From: an uncultured delta proteobacterium
GTDB lineage: Bacteria > Desulfobacterota > Binatia > UBA9968
DNA length: 64,000 nt
Direction: 5' to 3'
Assembly: GCA_963847445.1 (NCBI GenBank)
Contig: CAWJZV010000034.1
Span: 32,001-96,000 of the forward strand
Below are positions 57,809 through 64,000 of the stretch, piece by piece. How positions within the stretch are numbered: position 1 is the first letter of the stretch; every line of letters starts with the position of its first letter. The notes under the pieces were generated by a model. It was not told the origin of the DNA, did not search any database, and was given only the letters and a program-made list of their open reading frames with translations. Both the position numbers and the translations under genes were made by a program.

Positions 57809-58702
57809 ATGAGATCGCCTGATTTTTTTATCGTCGGAGCGCCGAAATGCGGCACCACCGCGATGAATTTCTATCTCAAGCAACATCCGGACATCTTCAT
57901 GTCTGAGAAAGAAATTCATTTTTTCGGCGAGGATCTGCGCTTCGCCGTCCCCAGAGTGACGAGGCAGCAATATCTCTCCGCTTTCTCCGCCGCGACTGAG
58001 GTCAAAAGAGCTGGTGAGGCCGCGGTGTGGTACCTGTACTCGCGGCAGGCTGCGCACGAAATAAAGGAATTCTCTCCTTCGGCGCGGATCATTATTATGC
58101 TTCGCAACCCCGTCGACGTCATGTATTCGCTCTACCGGCAACGTCTGTATAACGGCAACGAAGATATCGAAGACTTCGAAGCGGCGTTGGATGCCGAGGA
58201 GAGTCGAGAGTTGGGGAAACGGATGCCGAGACGGCCGTCGAATCTCATGGGGTGCTTTTACCGGGCGAGCGTGAAATTCACGAGTCAAGTCCGGCGCTAT
58301 TTCGATCGGTTCGATCGGCAGAATGTGCATGTCATTATTTTTGACGATTTCCAGAAAGATGCAGCTCTGGTCTACAGCCAATGCTGTGATTTCCTCGATG
58401 TAGATAATCGTTTTCGGCCAAGCTTCCCCGTCATAAATGCTAGGCAACGTGCCCGGAGCGAGTTTATACGGGATCTATTGCACGATCCTCCCCGATCCTT
58501 TCACTGGTTTGCCAAGGCGTTGATGCTTCGGCGGAACCGCCAGGGAGGATACAAAGGCTGGCTTAAGCGTTTAAACACCACTCACGCGAACATACCGCCG
58601 ATGCAACCAGAATTGAGGCGGGCACTGAAGGAAGAGTTCCGGCCAGAAGTGGAGCAGTTAAGCGAGTTGCTCGGCCGCGATCTAACTACCTGGTGCAACT
58701 GA
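57809..58702 (+). CDS. PAPS-dependent sulfotransferase (close paralog of 31746)
   Basis: PDFFIVGAPKCGTT and MLRNPVD..YS; shares QRLYNGNEDIE and GGYKGWL.RLN with 31746. Confidence 0.9.
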   Translation: MRSPDFFIVGAPKCGTTAMNFYLKQHPDIFMSEKEIHFFGEDLRFAVPRVTRQQYLSAFSAATEVKRAGEAAVWYLYSRQAAHEIKEFSPSARIIIMLRNPVDVMYSLYRQRLYNGNEDIEDFEAALDAEESRELGKRMPRRPSNLMGCFYRASVKFTSQVRRYFDRFDRQNVHVIIFDDFQKDAALVYSQCCDFLDVDNRFRPSFPVINARQRARSEFIRDLLHDPPRSFHWFAKALMLRRNRQGGYKGWLKRLNTTHANIPPMQPELRRALKEEFRPEVEQLSELLGRDLTTWCN

Positions 58703-60372
58703 TGAGAACTAATACTGATTCGGCGCCGCTCCCTCTCGTTGGAGGAATCTCGCAGACCGTTGCCCGCACATGGTTTGCCTGGGCCGGCCGATTTTTGTTG
58801 TGGTCGTTCGCTTTTGGTATCTCCTATACTCAATCGCCCCTTTATACCTCGAATCAAAATACCAAATTCATTCATGGCCTGGCAGACGCCGGGTTGGGTT
58901 TCCTGACCGAAGATTGGTTGGCCAAGACGACAGACGTACTTCCAGTTTTTAGCTATTTGGTTTATCTGACGTACAAGTACCTGCATGAATCCATGTTCTA
59001 CTTCTACAATATTCTAATCTTTGGTGTTTATCTCTACAGTGTGTCGGGCATCGTTTCGACCGTCTACAATATCAATAGCGACCGACTCAGACACCTTACA
59101 TTCCTGACCGTCATTACCGCGATACATTCCTATGCCTTCGACTCGCTCTCATTGAGGCTCTTGGGGTTCGAACTGGGACAATTCCTCCACTACGGAGTTG
59201 CCGAACAACACGCGATCGGACGGATCTTTCAGCCCAGTGTCTTTGGCGTCCTTATTGTTTTATCGATTTATGCTTTTCTCCGCCGAAAGACGGTTGCCGC
59301 CGTTTTTCTTCTAGCCTTCTCGGCGACCATTCATCCGGCTTATTTCCTGACTGCGGCGGTTTACACCTGCGCCTATATGTGGATCGTATATAGGGAGAAG
59401 AACAGCATAAAAAAATCTTTGGCTGTCGGATTCTTCGTTCTCATTTTGACTTTGCCCTACTTGGCGTATTTCTATGTTCAGTTTAGTCCGACGTCGCCAG
59501 AAATCTGGAGTAGGGCGCAAGATATTCTGGTCAATTTCCGGAGCCCGCATCACATGAATGCGGACGTCTGGTTGAACGCGTCTGCCTATGGGAAAGTCCT
59601 CCTCGTGACCACGGCTTTGTACCTGGTCAGAAAAACGCAGCTTCTGCCGTTCATGCTCTTGCCGTTTTTGGTCTTTTTACTTTCCATCGTCGCACAGTTG
59701 CTGACCGGCAATAACACGTTAGCGGCCGCTACTCCGTGGCGTATTTCCGTCTTCTTAGTTCCGCTCTCGGTCGGGATCATCGTTGCTCATTTGGTGTCTT
59801 ATGTATTTGAAAAATTTCGTGAGCCAATTTCTAAGAATCACAAAACCATCACCGTCTTAAGCTTCGCAGCGGTTTTGATGCTCGTACTCTATGGGGTGAT
59901 GACCCAGGTGAAACGCCACGTCAAGTACTACCGTGGCGACAGCATTCCGATGATGAACTTCGTGAGGGAAACGAAATCTTCGGGCGAAACTTATCTTGTA
60001 CCTGTCGAGTTGGAAGATTTTCGGTTGTACACGGGAGCTCCCACATTTATAACGTTCAAGTCGGGGGCGTTTAAAGATGCGGAATATTTAGAGTGGTATA
60101 AACGGCTTGTCGCCGCAAGCGAGTTCTATCTAGCTAAGGACGCCGGGGCCTGCAAGATGCTGAAAACGTTCGAGGACGATTACAAAATCACGCATGTCGT
60201 CGTACCGGGCCATGCGCCGGACAGGCCTTGCGAAAATGCCTACGAGCTATATAAGGATGACCATTATCGCGTCTACAGAATCGACACAAATCGCTCCGTT
60301 GCTCGATTATTAAAGAGGCCCCGACCTGACATTTTTGAGCTTCATGGGTGTAATGAATTTCATTCACCGTAA
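58702..60372 (+). CDS. Polytopic membrane protein, DUF6798-like
   Basis: About 12 TM; LYTSNQNT.F.HGL...G.GFL..DWL, FQPS.FG, R.PHH and PWR.S motifs, then a soluble tail FRLYTG.P....FK....EWY.R. TGATG overlap with the previous gene. Confidence 0.7.
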   Translation: MRTNTDSAPLPLVGGISQTVARTWFAWAGRFLLWSFAFGISYTQSPLYTSNQNTKFIHGLADAGLGFLTEDWLAKTTDVLPVFSYLVYLTYKYLHESMFYFYNILIFGVYLYSVSGIVSTVYNINSDRLRHLTFLTVITAIHSYAFDSLSLRLLGFELGQFLHYGVAEQHAIGRIFQPSVFGVLIVLSIYAFLRRKTVAAVFLLAFSATIHPAYFLTAAVYTCAYMWIVYREKNSIKKSLAVGFFVLILTLPYLAYFYVQFSPTSPEIWSRAQDILVNFRSPHHMNADVWLNASAYGKVLLVTTALYLVRKTQLLPFMLLPFLVFLLSIVAQLLTGNNTLAAATPWRISVFLVPLSVGIIVAHLVSYVFEKFREPISKNHKTITVLSFAAVLMLVLYGVMTQVKRHVKYYRGDSIPMMNFVRETKSSGETYLVPVELEDFRLYTGAPTFITFKSGAFKDAEYLEWYKRLVAASEFYLAKDAGACKMLKTFEDDYKITHVVVPGHAPDRPCENAYELYKDDHYRVYRIDTNRSVARLLKRPRPDIFELHGCNEFHSP

Positions 60373-60592
60373 CTGTTTATTGTGTATGAAATGTCAGTCA
60401 ACCCATCGGCAGCGCTGGTTATGTCAGGGCGAGTCTCGTCATTTCTTTTCATCACCCAATGACTCTGGGAGCACAACCTAGAATCGTCCCAATTTGTGCA
60501 AAGGCCGCGGCAGAGGACGGCTTTGATAAAATGATCTGGCGCGCAGATCGATTCAGTCCCGGTTTCTCAATGGTTTACATGCCAGGCTTGAC

Positions 60593-60608
60593 TGGCATTG
60601 CCCTTGCA
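60593..60608 (+). promoter_or_regulatory. Candidate sigma-54 promoter
   Basis: TGGCATTGCCCTTGCA has exact GG-N10-GC spacing, 16 bp before ATG 60625. An IHF-like TCTCAATGGTTTA lies at 60565-60577. Confidence 0.55.
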
Positions 60609-60624
60609 CTGGGCGTTGGGAACT

Positions 60625-62064
60625 ATGAAATTCCCAATATTCATTGTCATGTTTGCTGTGGCCAATCTATTTTTGAGTTTACCTGCTTTGCGAAAGTACA
60701 AACCCCCGACCAAACCCGTAGTGATCGACGACGGGGCCTACACTAGCTCTTTTGTAAAGCTACATGCGAAGTGGACTAGCCCTAGTCCCGAATCGGGAAT
60801 CGTCAAATTTAGATATCAAATCCGCGAGGGGTCAACTTCAGGCCCTATCATAGTTGGCTGGCAGTCGGTTGGTCTGGCAACCGAAATCACCCATCTTGGG
60901 TTAAGTCTTTTCAACGGGAAGACCTATTATATTGGGGTGAAGGCGATAAATAGCGAAGGCAAGACGTCCGACGTGGGTTACTCGGACGGGATCACAGTAC
61001 AAAATAGTTCCGCACCGCCACCACCACCGCCACCACCACCGCCGCCGCCACCACCACCGCCGCCGGCGAGCGGGGTACTGGAAGGATTTGGCTCTCAAAC
61101 ATCGGGTGGTGCGGGGAAGCCTATTGTCTTTGTTAGCAATCTGAACGATTCCGGTCCGGGCTCTCTCCGGGCTGCGCTGTCTGGTGGAGATAGGACGATT
61201 CAATTCTTGGTGGGTGGTTTGATCCCGCTTGCCAGTACTCTGCGCGTTAATGGAGCAAATATCACGCTTGACGGTTGCAGTGCCCCTGCACCAGGAATTA
61301 CTCTTGTTGGTCGTCCGGTAGATATTCGCGGCAACTACGGTGCGCACGATGTTATCGTTCAGTGTATTCGTAGCCGAGATTCTATTGATGATGGTTTCAC
61401 TATTAGCGAAGGAGCTTTTAACATTGTCCTGGATCGGGTAAGCGTTGCTAATGCTGCTGACGGAGCTATCGACATTGGTAGTTGGAACGGAAAGCATACG
61501 CACGATATAACTGTCCAGCGTTCGTTAATGACTCAGCCACGTAAGATCATGTTGGTGAAATATTTTGATGTTAAACGGGTTAGTTTACATCACAATTTAT
61601 TTGCTGATTCGACTGATCGGAGCCCGCGCATTGCCTATAACCAGAGCGGCGGGTTGCCAGCGAATGAAATTACCGTCGACTTGCGCAACAACGTGATCGC
61701 CAATTGGAGGGGAGGAATCGGCACGGATGCATCCTGCGGCGCTAAAGCCAATATAGTAGGAAATTACTTTTCCAATTCTGGTGCATCGGTGACCGATCAG
61801 AAGCAGGGAATCGTCGTGTCCAGTGCATCCGAAACTTGCCTCCAAGGTTTTGCATACGTGGAGGGCAACGAGAGTGCAGATGTCCCGGATATAGACAACA
61901 CGCCTTATATTCGCGTGCCCAAAGAAACCATCCCGTTTGCCGCACCGCCGATCACAGAGCAGAACGCATGTGGCGCTGCGCAAATCGTTCTAGCCACGGC
62001 TGGCCATCCTATTCGCGACGACATTGATCAAGCTGCGGTCGGCAGAGTGAGAATCAATTGCTAA
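60625..62064 (+). CDS. Exported FN3-like domain + Pro17 linker + pectate lyase-like (PL1-type) domain
   Basis: N-terminal hydrophobic leader; W....ESGI...Y...GKTYY.GVKAIN..G; GFGSQTSGG, NLNDSGPGSLR, DGAID, HHN and RSPR motifs. Confidence 0.82.
   Translation: MKFPIFIVMFAVANLFLSLPALRKYKPPTKPVVIDDGAYTSSFVKLHAKWTSPSPESGIVKFRYQIREGSTSGPIIVGWQSVGLATEITHLGLSLFNGKTYYIGVKAINSEGKTSDVGYSDGITVQNSSAPPPPPPPPPPPPPPPPPASGVLEGFGSQTSGGAGKPIVFVSNLNDSGPGSLRAALSGGDRTIQFLVGGLIPLASTLRVNGANITLDGCSAPAPGITLVGRPVDIRGNYGAHDVIVQCIRSRDSIDDGFTISEGAFNIVLDRVSVANAADGAIDIGSWNGKHTHDITVQRSLMTQPRKIMLVKYFDVKRVSLHHNLFADSTDRSPRIAYNQSGGLPANEITVDLRNNVIANWRGGIGTDASCGAKANIVGNYFSNSGASVTDQKQGIVVSSASETCLQGFAYVEGNESADVPDIDNTPYIRVPKETIPFAAPPITEQNACGAAQIVLATAGHPIRDDIDQAAVGRVRINC
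61015..61065 (+). repeat. CCA/CCG codon run encoding 17 consecutive prolines
   Basis: Read directly from the sequence. Confidence 0.9.
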
Positions 62065-62689
62065 ATGGCGTGGCATTTCATCTACACATTCCCGATATCG
62101 GCGAGACGGAACTAACGCATCAGTCGATCGCTTGGCGCGGCTTTGCTCCGGTGAACGCAGCGCCGGTTACATAAACGCGAGTGTCGTGACTCTTTTTCAG
62201 CACCCAAATGACTACGGCTGCTCAGCCTAGTTAGCGTCGGCAAACAAATTGCCATCGGCAACAAGATTTTGTTATTTGCCGCATTGAACACGGAATCATC
62301 ATGCCGTCGTTTCAGAAGGGTTTGACTGCGGCCTTAGCGGATCTGCGGGTAACAGGGGCGATCGGCGACCCTCGTTTATTGCGAGCTTGCCGGACGATAT
62401 TGGTTCCTCACGCTCCGGTAACAATCTTTACCTGACTGGCTCAGGGAAGTTGCAGTTGCGGATCTGCTAAATTAGCATTTTCTATTTCAGGATCGCGCGC
62501 CGTAATCCGGCGCTCTCGCATAATGGATTCAATATAAACTATCCCGTCGGGCTCATTATCATTATTAAAGTTGCAACGGGCTTTACCGACCCGTCGGCTC
62601 AATTGACTAAGTTTCGCTCTCTGATGTAAAAGTCGGGCAGCGTCGTGGCGTCCGCGAGAACGTCCGTCCCGGCCTGAAAGGGCACAATT

Positions 62690-64000
62690 ATGGCGATTCT
62701 AGAAACGGTGAATAAAGGCTTTAAGAGAATCGGCGCAGCGAGGCTCGGTCTTGCTGTGACAATTCTCTTCGCGCTCTATCCAGCTATTCCATGCCTGGCG
62801 CAACCGTATCAAGGATTTGGAGCGAATACGCCAGGTGGGTCGGGGCAGCCAATTTACCATGTGACAAACCTCAACGATTCCGGACCTGGAAGCCTGCGTG
62901 ACGCCGTATCTCAGGGCGATCGGACCGTCGTGTTCGATGTGGCCGGGGAGATTGTGCTTTCAAGTGAGATCTACGTGAAAGGCGCTTTCATCACCATTGA
63001 TGGCTTTAGCGCACCCTCGCCCATAACCCTGGTTAACGATGGCCTGAGAATCGTCGGGAATATCGGCGCGCATGACATCATCGTCCGGGGCATACGGGTG
63101 CGGAATGCTATAGGGGATAGCATCACGATCCGTGACGGGGCGTATAACGTTCTCATCGACCATATCTCCTCCCAGGGGGCGACCGATGGAGCCATCGACA
63201 TCACCAGGGGCGCGCATGACGTGACTGTCCAGTGGAGTATCCTCGCTGAGAACGGGCCGGAGCATAACTTCTTGGCATTGGTCGAGTTTCAAGCCCTGCG
63301 TGTCACCTTTCATCACAACCTGTTTGTGAAAGGGCAGAGTCGAAACCCGCAGTCCGGCTGGGATACTACTTTAGCCACAACCGCGCCCGAGATTGTCACT
63401 GATATCCGCAACAACCTGATTTGGGATTTCTCTGCTTACGGGACCGTGGCTACTAAGAAGACGAAAGCTAATGTAGTGAACAACTTTTACTATTCCTCGC
63501 TTAATCCGAAAGCTAAAAGAGCACTCTATGTGACTGATGGTAGCCAGGTCTATGCCGCAGGCAACTACAGTCATAACGGTGCGAACGTTGATGGGGAGGG
63601 AAACCAGCAGGCTCCTTTCCCTGCAGTTGCGGTGGACATCACCGACGCCTGCACCGCTGCTCACCAGGTACTTGCCGAGGCGGGAGTAAGTCCGCGGGAT
63701 GTTGTCGATCAGCAGAATCTGTCGGCCGTGTCGCTACCGTCATGTAGCGCGCCTAACCCGACTATCGCGGTTAGCCCGAATGGGCTTGATTTTTCTGCCA
63801 CTATCGGGGCACCAAACCCATCCCCGAAGCCACTGACGATCACCGACTCGAGTAATGGCGTGTCTTGGAATGCGACTACCAGTGCGGCGTGGCTCGCAGT
63901 TTCCCCTATGGGCGGGACAACTCCATCGAACGTGACTGTCACCGCAAACTCGTTTGGTTTGCCGGTAGGCTCCCATCTAACGACGATTAGCATTATCGCT
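62690..64000 (+). CDS. Secreted pectate lyase-like (PL1-type) protein with a BACON/Ig-like domain, runs off the right edge (partial)
   Basis: Manual translation is open to 64000: leader, QGFGANTPGG, VTNLNDSGPGSLR, LIDH, DGAID, HHN and RNP, then IAVSP..L.F...W......WL.VSP..G.TP..VTV. Confidence 0.82.
   Translation, partial: MAILETVNKGFKRIGAARLGLAVTILFALYPAIPCLAQPYQGFGANTPGGSGQPIYHVTNLNDSGPGSLRDAVSQGDRTVVFDVAGEIVLSSEIYVKGAFITIDGFSAPSPITLVNDGLRIVGNIGAHDIIVRGIRVRNAIGDSITIRDGAYNVLIDHISSQGATDGAIDITRGAHDVTVQWSILAENGPEHNFLALVEFQALRVTFHHNLFVKGQSRNPQSGWDTTLATTAPEIVTDIRNNLIWDFSAYGTVATKKTKANVVNNFYYSSLNPKAKRALYVTDGSQVYAAGNYSHNGANVDGEGNQQAPFPAVAVDITDACTAAHQVLAEAGVSPRDVVDQQNLSAVSLPSCSAPNPTIAVSPNGLDFSATIGAPNPSPKPLTITDSSNGVSWNATTSAAWLAVSPMGGTTPSNVTVTANSFGLPVGSHLTTISIIA

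Noticed and set aside
62237-62255. Bidirectional GG-N10-GC motif (TCGGCAAACAAATTGCCAT)
   Set aside because: It is about 440 bp from the next start and the better match points antisense; insufficient support.
1-64000. tRNA, rRNA, CRISPR-Cas, prophage or anti-phage defence genes
   Set aside because: No supporting motifs were seen by eye; a covariance-model scan (Infernal/tRNAscan) was not possible.

Overview
Bacterial window; the gene content suggests a Candidatus Binatia (Binatota) or Deltaproteobacteria-like genome, which is inference only. It has two parts. (1) Positions 1-8.4 kb are GC-rich and hold two coiled-coil genes and an aromatic-catabolism patch: a Zn-dependent dehydrogenase, a DesZ/LigB-like extradiol dioxygenase, an RraA/HMG-aldolase-like protein, two Rieske oxygenases and two gene remnants. 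(2) After an IS1634 remnant and an AT-rich gap with a near-consensus sigma-54 promoter comes a >54 kb, almost entirely co-directional Wzy-type exopolysaccharide locus that runs off the right edge. It is headed by a NusG/RfaH paralog. Export and polymerisation genes: Wza, an ExeA-like ATPase, a split Wzc whose kinase lacks the Walker-A lysine, a Wzy/O-antigen ligase, a priming transferase fused to a ligase domain and a MurJ-like flippase. Modifying genes: five GT4 genes, five PAPS sulfotransferases, CysQ, three deacetylases, three Thr-nucleophile sulfatase-fold proteins, AsnB, an ATP-grasp ligase, two methyltransferases and an SGNH hydrolase. Other genes: a divergent pyruvate kinase, three PL1-like lyases and several secreted beta-helix, propeller or HEAT proteins. 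The best candidate for an undescribed system is a sigma-54/antitermination-controlled pathway for a heavily sulfated, possibly glycosaminoglycan-like surface glycan. About 15 single-base frameshifts split otherwise intact genes and most likely reflect long-read consensus errors. No rRNA, tRNA or CRISPR array was seen.
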